Below are positions 28,235 to 36,587 of a stretch of 55,770 nt of DNA, one piece after another (the first letter of the stretch is position 1; each line of letters opens with the position of its first letter). The translations under genes and the position numbers were made by a program. Origin of the DNA: Candidatus Woesearchaeota archaeon. Its GTDB lineage: Archaea; Nanobdellota; Nanobdellia; Pacearchaeales; UBA284. The stretch covers positions 1 through 55,770 of the forward strand of contig CAYPSK010000002.1 of assembly GCA_964413705.1 (NCBI GenBank), in the 5' to 3' direction. The notes under the pieces are model-generated. The model saw only the letters and a list, made by a program, of their open reading frames with translations. It was not told the DNA's origin and made no database searches.

Positions 28235-29029
28235 ATGGCAGTGAAAGGAAGAGTAATGGAAGGTCGAGATAGTATCTCTCAACATAGGATTCTTGTAAAA
28301 GAAGGAAGGAAAGTAGTTATTCTTAAGGGAAGAAGCAGGGATAGTCTTTCTTTAGGTCAGGAGATTGGTTTTGATCATGTAGCATTTGGAACGAAGGATT
28401 ATGTGTATTTTGCACTACACCGTGGTTGGTGGGAGACCAGAGAAAAAACACTCTCCTATGCTGCAGGAAATGCACTTGGTGTGCTTTATCCAAGAACACC
28501 TGGGTCAGATACCATGGTTGGCTTCACAGTTGAAAAACTAAGAATGCACAAAAACTATGGATTAGTTAGTGTAGTTGCAGGATTTGAAACTAATGAACAA
28601 GCAAAAAGAGCAAGGGATTCCAGAGGATATGGGGTATTGTTAATAACAGACCCGGATATTACAGGTATTGAGTCTGAATTAGACCCTCGTTTAAAGGGAT
28701 TAAGCAGCGAATTTCCTCATGATTTTTATAGGGCAGCACACCATGTTCTTTGTGCTGCTGATAAGGGCATATCGAGTGTGGTACTTTCTTATAATCTCTC
28801 TGCTTTTAACCAATTAAGAGCATTGATGGAACAAAAGCAACTTTCAGGAAAACTTACAGTTCTACGTTCTTATGATGGACATCTTGTTGTTCCAGAAGTG
28901 ATGCGGCTTATAAAAGAAAAAGCACAAGGTGGCATAATTCCTCCTGTTGTACCCTTAACTCCTTCCCCTAACGATAATTCTTCTGAGTCAGGTGATATCT
29001 GGGCCCAGTTAGATGATGGCCCATTTTAG
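28235..29029 (+). CDS. Hypothetical protein (orphan, less AT-rich coding)
   Basis: 264-aa ORF with no competing frame. Arg/Gly/Val-rich relative to the neighbours. No motif recognised. Confidence 0.5.
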   Translation: MAVKGRVMEGRDSISQHRILVKEGRKVVILKGRSRDSLSLGQEIGFDHVAFGTKDYVYFALHRGWWETREKTLSYAAGNALGVLYPRTPGSDTMVGFTVEKLRMHKNYGLVSVVAGFETNEQAKRARDSRGYGVLLITDPDITGIESELDPRLKGLSSEFPHDFYRAAHHVLCAADKGISSVVLSYNLSAFNQLRALMEQKQLSGKLTVLRSYDGHLVVPEVMRLIKEKAQGGIIPPVVPLTPSPNDNSSESGDIWAQLDDGPF

Positions 29030-29193
29030 ATATTTCTTCCGACGAACTCAAAAATTCTTTCCGTCTATAAAACTTAAATATTCACCATAGAAAGATTTAA
29101 ATACCGGTGTATATGGTGTTGTGTATACACAGAACATACACTAAACAAAACATAAAAAATAAATAAAATAAAGAAACAAAATAAACAATAAAA

Positions 29194-29349
29194 ATGTGTG
29201 ACGTATGCAGCCAGAGTTACGAACGATTTATGGGCGGAAGTGGTTCAAATCAAAGCACACTTCAAGGATCTCAATCAAGAATGTATGAAGTAAAAAATGC
29301 CCAAAATAATTACAATAATAATGTCCGTAGAGGATATGTTAATAATTAA
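29194..29349 (+). CDS. Candidate micro-protein (51 aa), N/Q/S/Y-rich
   Basis: Hand translation: MCDVCSQSYERFMGGSGSNQSTLQGSQSRMYEVKNAQNNYNNNVRRGYVNN*. It is below the ORF-track length cutoff. Followed 2 nt later by a second similar ORF. Confidence 0.3.
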   Translation: MCDVCSQSYERFMGGSGSNQSTLQGSQSRMYEVKNAQNNYNNNVRRGYVNN

Positions 29350-29351
29350 AA

Positions 29352-29504
29352 ATGGCATTTGATAAATCATATGATGTCAATTCAGGAAAGAAAACCAGTA
29401 AGGCTTATGAGTTCGGCATATCAGCAATGAATCGCCAAAACCCCTACAATAATTCAAACTCAAGTTCAATAATAAATTATCAAAACTTTAGAAGTTTTTA
29501 CTAA
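29352..29504 (+). CDS. Candidate micro-protein (50 aa), N/S/Y-rich
   Basis: Hand translation: MAFDKSYDVNSGKKTSKAYEFGISAMNRQNPYNNSNSSSIINYQNFRSFY*. Ends 18 nt before the ATG of 29523. Confidence 0.3.
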   Translation: MAFDKSYDVNSGKKTSKAYEFGISAMNRQNPYNNSNSSSIINYQNFRSFY

Positions 29505-29522
29505 ACACATAGATTATAAAAA

Positions 29523-29969
29523 ATGATAGATATGTTTGATGAGATTGTTGTTTGTAGTGGCTGCGGAAAAAAGATGCAGAGAATAGATATCATAAAAAAT
29601 GGTTTTAGATTAAGGGCATTGCAGTGTGATAAATGCGAAAAAAGAATCTATCATCCCGCAGATATTGAAGAATACAAAAGATTTTCACAATTAAAGCAGA
29701 GGCCATTTGCAGTCAAGTTGAGAATGGTGGGAAACAGCTACACTGTCTCAATCCCAAGAGAGATTGTTGATTTCATGAATGAGCAAGAAGGGATGCACCA
29801 GCTTATCAAGATGCAGAATGAAATGGTCAAGGTTTTTTTTGAGGAATTTGGAAAGATTTCCTTGACATTTGCACAGCCTCAGCAAAAGCAACAGAGAGAA
29901 CCTGTTCAGGAAGAAAGAGGCATAGAAAAAGAACGCAAGATACTAAATAAGGCGCATAAACAAGAATAA
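29523..29969 (+). CDS. Zn-ribbon + SpoVT/AbrB-like domain protein
   Basis: 148 aa. CSGCG...CDKCE four-Cys ribbon, then VKLRMVGNSYTVSIPREIVDFM resembling the AbrB/SpoVT swapped-hairpin motif (vG.S..v.IPkei). Confidence 0.55.
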   Translation: MIDMFDEIVVCSGCGKKMQRIDIIKNGFRLRALQCDKCEKRIYHPADIEEYKRFSQLKQRPFAVKLRMVGNSYTVSIPREIVDFMNEQEGMHQLIKMQNEMVKVFFEEFGKISLTFAQPQQKQQREPVQEERGIEKERKILNKAHKQE

Positions 29970-30013
29970 ATTATAATAAACCCATATAAAACAAATTAGA
30001 TAAAAAAATAAAA

Positions 30014-32314
30014 ATGTCCAACGCAAATAATACAAATGAAAAATTCGTGAAGCTCAAAGTCATGGAGGCTTTGCAGGAAGATGCTTACAAAGGTATTGCT
30101 CGGATTGATTCTGCAACAATGAAACAACTTGGGGTCAGACAAGGTGATGTTATTATAATTAAAGGAGGTAGAGGAACTGTTGCAATAGTTGATAGAGCCT
30201 ATCCTGCTGATGTTGGCGAACAGATCATAAGGGTTGATGGAATAATAAGAAGAAATGCCAAGACCGGAATTGGCGAGATGATTGGAGTTGTCAAAGCAGA
30301 TATAAAAGAAGCTAAGAAAATTACAATTGCTCCTGCGCAAAAAGGTATTGAAGTCAGAGGAGACCCAGAAGCTCTAAGAAGCGGCCTATTAGGAAGAGTT
30401 ATAGTGGCAGGAGACTTGGTTGTTCTTGGGGGAGCTCAAAGAAGAAAAGAGCTTATGGGTTCTAATTTTGAAGACTTATTTAATATTTTTGGAGAGGCAT
30501 TTGGAAATTTCTCAATGCCTTCATTTGATTCAAGCAAGTTTGTTATAGCTTCAACAAATCCTAAACAGCCAGTAGTCATAACAGATTCAACTGAAATAGT
30601 TTTGAATCCAAGAGCAGTGGAAATTAGTGATGAGAATATTCCAGATATAACATATGAGGATATTGGGGGATTAGACGAGGAGATAAAGAAAGTTAGAGAG
30701 ATGGTTGAACTGCCTCTAAAGCATCCAGAAGTTTTTGCAAGACTTGGAATAGAACCTCCAAAAGGAGTTCTGTTATATGGTCCTCCTGGAACAGGAAAAA
30801 CCTTACTTGCTAAAGCTGTTGCTAGTGAGACAGAAGCAAATTTCTTTTTATTGAATGGTCCGGAAATCATGTCAAAGTTCTATGGTGAATCAGAGAAAAA
30901 AATAAGAGATTTGTTTGAACAAGCTGAAAAAAATGCCCCAAGCATTATATTCATTGATGAACTAGATGCCCTAGCTCCTAAAAGAGAAGAATCTTTTGGA
31001 GAAGTTGAGAGAAGAGTTGTCTCCCAGTTATTGACTATGATGGATGGTCTGAAAAACCGGGGCAGGATAGTTGTTATAGGTGCAACAAACAGACCAAATG
31101 CAATTGATGAAGCCCTAAGAAGGCCTGGAAGATTTGATAGAGAAATTTCAATCTCTGTTCCTGACAAACAAGGGAGGCTTTCTATTTTAAAGATACATAC
31201 GAGAAATATGCCTATAACAAAAGATGTTAATTTAGATGAGCTCGCAGGTATAACACATGGTTTTGTTGGAGCAGATGCTTCTGCACTATGCAAAGAAGCT
31301 GCAATGTCAGCTCTAAGAAGAGCTCTGCCAGATATGAAATTAAAAGAAGATGAACCTCTAAGTCAAGAAGTTCTTGCTAAATTGCAAGTAAATGCTAAGG
31401 ATTTCAAAGAAGCTCTAAAAATTGTCAAGCCAAGTGCAATGCGCGAAGTTCTTGTTGAAAGCCCAAATGTAAAGTGGACAGACATCGGAGGTCTTGAATC
31501 TGTGAAGCAAGATCTTAAAGAAGCTGTTGAGTGGCCAATCAAATTTCCCGAATCTTTTAAGAGAATAGGAATAAGTCCTCCAAAAGGAATCTTGATTTAT
31601 GGTCCTCCTGGAACAGGAAAAACTCTACTTGCTAAAGCTGTTGCAACTGAGAGTGAGGCTAATTTCATCCAGATTAAAGGTCCAAGCTTATTATCTATGT
31701 GGGTTGGAAAATCAGAAGAAGGAGTCAGAAAGATTTTTGAGAGAGCAAGGCAAGTTGCTCCCTGCATAATCTTCTTTGATGAAATTGATTCCCTAGCTTC
31801 TAGAAGAGGAAGAGACATGGGTTCCAAAGTTGCTGATCAAGTCTTGAACCAGATGCTTGCTGAAATGGATGGCATAGAAGATTTAAATGAAATTGTTGTC
31901 ATAGGAGCAACAAACAGGCCAGATATGCTTGACCCAGCTATATTAAGACCTGGAAGATTTGACAGGCTTGTCAAAGTAATGCCTCCAGGAAAAGAAGAGA
32001 GATTATCTATCTTCAAAGTCCATACAAAAAACATGCCCTTATCAAAAGATATTTCTTTATCAACTTTTTCAGAGAAGACAGAAGGGTTTACAGGAGCAGA
32101 TATAGAATCCATTTGTAGGGAAGCAGGGATGCTCGCTTTAAGAGAAAATATAGAAACAAAAGAAATTAAGAAAAAACACTTTGATCAAGCCATGAAGAAA
32201 CTTGGGCCAAGTGTTAATCAAGCTGATGTTCAAAAATACAATGAAATTGAGACAAATTATCTAAGGTCAGCACGAGCTGCCTTGAGAGATAATGGACATA
32301 GCTATATGGGTTGA
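30014..32314 (+). CDS. cdc48: CDC48/VCP-type AAA+ ATPase (two AAA domains)
   Basis: 766 aa. N-domain (IARIDSATMKQLGV..GDVIII), two Walker A motifs (both GPPGTGKTLLAKAVA), two Walker B motifs (IIFIDELD, IIFFDEID), and RPGRFDR in both domains. Confidence 0.95.
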   Translation: MSNANNTNEKFVKLKVMEALQEDAYKGIARIDSATMKQLGVRQGDVIIIKGGRGTVAIVDRAYPADVGEQIIRVDGIIRRNAKTGIGEMIGVVKADIKEAKKITIAPAQKGIEVRGDPEALRSGLLGRVIVAGDLVVLGGAQRRKELMGSNFEDLFNIFGEAFGNFSMPSFDSSKFVIASTNPKQPVVITDSTEIVLNPRAVEISDENIPDITYEDIGGLDEEIKKVREMVELPLKHPEVFARLGIEPPKGVLLYGPPGTGKTLLAKAVASETEANFFLLNGPEIMSKFYGESEKKIRDLFEQAEKNAPSIIFIDELDALAPKREESFGEVERRVVSQLLTMMDGLKNRGRIVVIGATNRPNAIDEALRRPGRFDREISISVPDKQGRLSILKIHTRNMPITKDVNLDELAGITHGFVGADASALCKEAAMSALRRALPDMKLKEDEPLSQEVLAKLQVNAKDFKEALKIVKPSAMREVLVESPNVKWTDIGGLESVKQDLKEAVEWPIKFPESFKRIGISPPKGILIYGPPGTGKTLLAKAVATESEANFIQIKGPSLLSMWVGKSEEGVRKIFERARQVAPCIIFFDEIDSLASRRGRDMGSKVADQVLNQMLAEMDGIEDLNEIVVIGATNRPDMLDPAILRPGRFDRLVKVMPPGKEERLSIFKVHTKNMPLSKDISLSTFSEKTEGFTGADIESICREAGMLALRENIETKEIKKKHFDQAMKKLGPSVNQADVQKYNEIETNYLRSARAALRDNGHSYMG

Positions 32315-32371
32315 GGGCTAAGAAAAAAGAAGCGCAGGATGCTGATTATAACACATCAATTTAATCCAAGT

Positions 32372-32400
32372 GGTTTTGTGCCGATGCAGTCTTGCTTGAG
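32372..32400 (-). repeat. GCACAAAA element, copy C (inverted orientation, outer stem degenerate)
   Basis: The reverse complement CTCAAGCAAGACTGCATCGGCACAAAACC matches copy A at 23 of 25 core positions. The downstream flank ATTAAATT is also shared with copy A. Inner stem TGC-ATCG-GCA is retained, but no clear 3' outer arm is present. Confidence 0.45.
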
Positions 32401-32512
32401 TTATATTCAATAGTTTCGTTTCAGAACATTTCAAATTGAGGAAGGTTAAGAAGGAGTAAGAATTAGTGATATGTCATCAATCATGTTCTTACATCATCAA
32501 AAAGTAAGAAGA

Positions 32513-32559
32513 GGGCCAGCCAGGAAGTTTTGCACACCTCTTTTCAACTTGGCTGGCCC
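32513..32559 (+). ncRNA. GC-rich 10-bp stem-loop followed by a T-rich tract (candidate ncRNA 3' end or terminator)
   Basis: GGGCCAGCCA (32513-32522) pairs perfectly with TGGCTGGCCC (32550-32559). The loop is 27 nt, followed by CTATATTTTATTAGGTTTTT. It stands out in a 320-bp AT-rich intergenic region ~200 nt after the cdc48 stop. Confidence 0.3.
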
Positions 32560-32634
32560 CTATATTTTATTAGGTTTTTCTCCACAATAGATTTAAAAGC
32601 ATTTTTCCTTTAAAGTGATTGGAGAAAAGAAAAA

Positions 32635-33414
32635 ATGAGGGCATGTGCTTTAGCTTCAGGAAGTTCAGGAAATTCATTTTATATTGAAAATGATGACAAA
32701 CAAGGGATTCTGATAGACTTAGGAATAACATGCAAGCTTGCATGTGAAAGATTAGAGAGCATAAAAAGAAGCCCTGAAAATATTAGAGCGATTTTTCTGA
32801 CACATGAACACCTTGATCATGTTAAAGGCATAGATGTTTTTGCAAGAAACTTTAATGTTCCTATTTTTCTTACTAAAGAGACTTCAAAGCACGCGTTTAT
32901 ATGCTCTAATTCAGAACTTTTGAATTTTATAAAAAACAATGAAACTACCCAGATAAATGGCATGGATGTCCAAGCTTTTCCAAAATCTCATGATGGTCTT
33001 AATCCTGTTTCTTACTCAATACTATCAAGAGAAGAAGAAAAAAGAGCATCAGTCATGACAGATATAGGGCAAATCTGCAAAAATGTTGCTGATTTCGCTT
33101 CTGATTCTGATATTCTCTTCATGGAATCAAATCATGATTCTGGAATGCTTCAAGATGGGCCCTATCCCAAATTCTTAAAAGATAGGATTTCAAGCAAGCT
33201 AGGACATCTTTCTAATTTTCAGTCTTCTATCTGTTTGCTAGAGCATGCGAGACATAGGTTAAAGAATATTGTATTATCTCACCTTAGCCTAGTCAATAAT
33301 ACTCCCCAAGTTGCAGTAAAGACAATGAAGGCTTTGTTAAAGGAGAGGAAAGACATAAAGCCCGAAATCCATATTTCTGAGAGGCATAAATCAACATACC
33401 TCTTTAGGGTCTAG
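32635..33414 (+). CDS. Metallo-beta-lactamase-fold hydrolase
   Basis: 259 aa. HxHxDH motif (LTHEHLDHVKG) and downstream His/Asp ligand positions. Confidence 0.8.
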   Translation: MRACALASGSSGNSFYIENDDKQGILIDLGITCKLACERLESIKRSPENIRAIFLTHEHLDHVKGIDVFARNFNVPIFLTKETSKHAFICSNSELLNFIKNNETTQINGMDVQAFPKSHDGLNPVSYSILSREEEKRASVMTDIGQICKNVADFASDSDILFMESNHDSGMLQDGPYPKFLKDRISSKLGHLSNFQSSICLLEHARHRLKNIVLSHLSLVNNTPQVAVKTMKALLKERKDIKPEIHISERHKSTYLFRV

Positions 33415-33506
33415 ACAAAACATAAGAAAAACACAAAAATATTTATAAAGCCTGTTCTTATTTATTCTACAAAAGAGAAAAAATGTCATATTCAAGATTA
33501 CTAATT

Positions 33507-36440
33507 TCAGTTCTTCTTATAAGGGCCTTTCTTTCTTGTAATAAGAATGGCCAAAACTGCGAATGCAGCCACAATAACTATGCAAACAGTTAACCATAAC
33601 CAAGTTAGATTCTTTCCTTGTCCAGTATCTAGAGTTCCAACAGGAACAAGCTCATTTACATTCACGACAGCTTTGTCATTCTCCATTTTTTCAAAAGTAA
33701 CTGAAATATCATATACTCCATCTTGATTCATATCAACATTTCTTGTCTCTCCAAGATTCAGTGTCAAAGTAATTGGTTCTGATTTTATCTCAATTGTTAT
33801 GGAGTACATTCCTGGCGAAGTTTCAATAATCTCAATGACTTTTATTGAATGATTCTCGCCCCGGAACAAGAAGTTTTTAATTTCTCCTTTCCCGAATTTT
33901 CCATGTTTCAACAAGTCCTTGCCTGGTTTTAGAGTATCATTCAAGGTCATGTTTCCGATACTTACATTCAATTGAGTCTGATTAGTTACATTCGTTGTGT
34001 TTTGGACTGGTGTTCCGCCTCCGCCACCTCCTCCACCTCCGCTAGGCGGTTGCTCTTCTTCTTCAGCAGTAATTATATCTCCTGAAACAGACGGGCCTAA
34101 GCCACTGAAATGCTTAATCTTAAACCAAATCATGTTATTTGTAGTATCTTTATAGCATAAGCCGCTACTTAAGTTAGAGTCTGTTACATTACAAGTTACC
34201 CCCTTGGAACTATTTATATAAAATTCATAACCAGTATTTAGATAATCTCTAAAATCTTTTAGGTCATCTGATGTATTAATTAAGGTCACATTAAATCCAT
34301 TAGAACTGCCATTCCAAACTGGAACATCAAAATCCTCCCCATATAAGCACGGTATAGTTAAATTGAAGTCAGAGGATTCATTGAAACCTGTCTGGCTTGT
34401 TGAGCCCTCTGTATAAGGAACTCCGATAATCACATAATCGTAAATTTCAGGGCCAGTGCTTCCGAATCTCCATACTTCCTCAAAACTTGAGCTTCCCTCT
34501 TTATCATCTGCATCTTCATCAAATACTGCATCTGGTGGTCCAGAAGCCATCATATCCACGCCAGTGTATATCACAGTTACACCATCCTCATTTTTCATAA
34601 CAAAACTCATCGAAGCTCCGCTCATCACAACCTTAAATGGATCAAATCCCCCACCTTCTTTACTTTCTATGCCTCCAAAAAAACTGCAATCACTTTGATT
34701 ATAATTCGGAACATTGCAATCTGAACTATTTTTGATCATGTCAATAAATAGATCTTTGTCCATCTCCTCCCCTCCGGGTGTTTTCATATCCATATTTTCT
34801 CTTAAAGATATATTCTCTGTCCCTTGATTAACTTGTGTTACATTAAGTTTCTTTTTTGTTGGAGAAGCTGCTTGAGAATAAATATTGATTCTGTCGACTC
34901 CAGTCATATTCAATAAAGGAACTCTAAGTAAACCATTATCACTACTGGAAATGTCTGCCATAAATGTAAAATTAGTCATATTATAATCGTCATAATCTAT
35001 CTCGACTTCAAGATGTGTTTGTTGCTGTATCGCAGAACCATTAAAAAGAACAGTGATGTTAAATGCGCCAAGTGTTAAATTTTGAGAACTTGGGTCCCCG
35101 CCGTTTGTAGTTATATTATAGTCGCTTCCAGCGAATTTTTCTAAACTTATATTATAATCACTAGTTATTAAAGTCCCATTTGTGTAAGCAACACCATTAT
35201 ATGTTAATTTTATCTCTTTGAATGCCCCATAGTAATCGCTTCCTAGTCTTCCAATTGCAATTGTTATTAAAGAAGAATTCTCCTCAGGGCCTAAAAAAGA
35301 AATATTATAAAATCCAGTACTGGAATTGTACTTATCTCCCTCGCCTTGCATAAGTGTAAAGTTGCTCATTGCCCAGGAATTAGCTCCAAAATAAATCATC
35401 CTTCCAGGTTCTAAAAGATAAGAAATAAAATAAATGTTATCAAAACTATTGTTACTATTAACATCTAAATAGCCCGTAAGCCTGTTGTCCATGGAGTCTG
35501 TACAATTGAATGTTTTTTGAAAATAACTATCTTGAAGTTCGCTAGAACTTATATCCACACTTACTGGGAAACTTTCATTTGGATATATCATAACAGAATA
35601 ATCCCTGTCACTTGGAACATGCAAAAGAACATTGGTTACCCCAGACATATCAAAAGCTTCTTGAATCGGATATCCTAGTCTTGTATCTTTTATTTGGTAT
35701 TGGAATGTTTTTGTTCCCCCAGTTATATTTATTGCCGAGATATTTATTGTTGCGCCAGCTTTTAAATAAAATGTAATATTATTCATTTGGTTAAACATAT
35801 TTTCAGGAAATTCAGGTAAACTTGGCCCAATCCAATCAACAACTTCAGAATTAGTTTTATTATACTTTTTGATTACTAATTTAAACAAATCAGTGTTTCT
35901 CATGGAAATATTTGTTATATTAAATAAACCATCAGAATCTGACAAAGCAGAATATGTATTCAATAAAGTTGGTGGAGCGCCCACACTCATTTCATATAAT
36001 AATACGCTGACATTAGTTCCATTTACAGCAGTTTTATTTAGATACTTTACATAACCTGAAAGATAATGGGTAATAACACTAAATGTATAGTTCTCTGACG
36101 CCCAATCACTATTTGAGTCATTTGTTGAGTCTACACAATAAACATTCCAAGTATAAAATCCATCAGATAAGTCGTCTATGCTGCACGAACCTCCTGTTGT
36201 CCCATTTGTTGAACAGTCAGCAGACCAGTTTCCTGTTTTATTATGGTAAACAGAACAATTGCTCTCAACATTTACAGTGTAATTTAAAGTAGTTGAATTA
36301 GTTGTCAATAATTGAGCATTCTCAGGATAAACTAAAGTAACATTAACCGGTGTTGCAGAAGCAGACAATAAACTTGCAAATAAGAAGCCCATCAAAATAA
36401 AAATCACGCAAGAGAGTTTAAAATATTTGGAATACACCAT
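33507..36440 (-). CDS. Giant Asn-rich (sequon-dense) surface protein with Gly9 linker and C-terminal TM anchor
   Basis: 977 aa. Signal peptide (FILMGFLFASLLSASA). Dozens of N-x-S/T sequons (NVT, NST, NYT, NCS, NKT, NWS ...). PPSGGGGGGGGGTP encoded at 34014-34040. Terminal helix WLWLTVCIVIVAAFAVLAILI followed by RKKGPYKKN. Confidence 0.8.
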   Translation of the reverse strand: MVYSKYFKLSCVIFILMGFLFASLLSASATPVNVTLVYPENAQLLTTNSTTLNYTVNVESNCSVYHNKTGNWSADCSTNGTTGGSCSIDDLSDGFYTWNVYCVDSTNDSNSDWASENYTFSVITHYLSGYVKYLNKTAVNGTNVSVLLYEMSVGAPPTLLNTYSALSDSDGLFNITNISMRNTDLFKLVIKKYNKTNSEVVDWIGPSLPEFPENMFNQMNNITFYLKAGATINISAINITGGTKTFQYQIKDTRLGYPIQEAFDMSGVTNVLLHVPSDRDYSVMIYPNESFPVSVDISSSELQDSYFQKTFNCTDSMDNRLTGYLDVNSNNSFDNIYFISYLLEPGRMIYFGANSWAMSNFTLMQGEGDKYNSSTGFYNISFLGPEENSSLITIAIGRLGSDYYGAFKEIKLTYNGVAYTNGTLITSDYNISLEKFAGSDYNITTNGGDPSSQNLTLGAFNITVLFNGSAIQQQTHLEVEIDYDDYNMTNFTFMADISSSDNGLLRVPLLNMTGVDRINIYSQAASPTKKKLNVTQVNQGTENISLRENMDMKTPGGEEMDKDLFIDMIKNSSDCNVPNYNQSDCSFFGGIESKEGGGFDPFKVVMSGASMSFVMKNEDGVTVIYTGVDMMASGPPDAVFDEDADDKEGSSSFEEVWRFGSTGPEIYDYVIIGVPYTEGSTSQTGFNESSDFNLTIPCLYGEDFDVPVWNGSSNGFNVTLINTSDDLKDFRDYLNTGYEFYINSSKGVTCNVTDSNLSSGLCYKDTTNNMIWFKIKHFSGLGPSVSGDIITAEEEEQPPSGGGGGGGGGTPVQNTTNVTNQTQLNVSIGNMTLNDTLKPGKDLLKHGKFGKGEIKNFLFRGENHSIKVIEIIETSPGMYSITIEIKSEPITLTLNLGETRNVDMNQDGVYDISVTFEKMENDKAVVNVNELVPVGTLDTGQGKNLTWLWLTVCIVIVAAFAVLAILITRKKGPYKKN

Positions 36441-36587
36441 CTTCTTCTTATATATAGGGATTAATTTAGTTTAAAAATGTTTCTAAGATTACCACTTGTA
36501 CTTAAGTAACTTTGTAATTAATATGCAATAAACATAAATCATAAAGGGAAGCAAAAACTTTAAATCTCGATTTTTCTTAATAAATCA

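Noticed and set aside
30436-32112. Five minus-strand ORFs (76-144 aa) listed inside the cdc48 gene, plus 29996..30340.
   Set aside because: They lie entirely antisense to a CDS with unmistakable double-AAA+ motifs, and their translations are Ser/Leu/Pro-rich shadow sequences. I applied the same reasoning to the antisense ORFs inside purD, the YchF-like gene, leuS, alaS, gdhA, the 9900 and 33507 giants and the 41214 gene.
13604-32337. Single GCGCAY or GCGCAG hexamers near stop codons (13604, 29952, 32332, 6535) as a general 3'-end signal.
   Set aside because: GCGC-containing hexamers also occur inside coding regions (for example in purD and around 6041 and 7331), so single occurrences are not distinctive. 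I reported only the paired, 20-bp-spaced arrangement with a conserved spacer.
32421-32499. Possible C/D-box sRNA on the minus strand: two TGATGA boxes at 32499-32494 and 32479-32474, and CTGA at 32424-32421.
   Set aside because: The box order and spacing are not canonical. There is no D' box between the two C-like boxes, the C-to-D distance is ~55-75 nt, and no terminal stem or K-turn pairing is evident. TGATGA is also expected by chance in AT-rich sequence.
34014-34040. GC-rich run (TCCGCCTCCGCCACCTCCTCCACCTCC) as a possible regulatory or G-quadruplex-type element.
   Set aside because: It lies in frame inside the 977-aa surface protein gene and simply encodes a Gly9 linker flanked by Pro and Ser. 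No independent function is needed to explain it.
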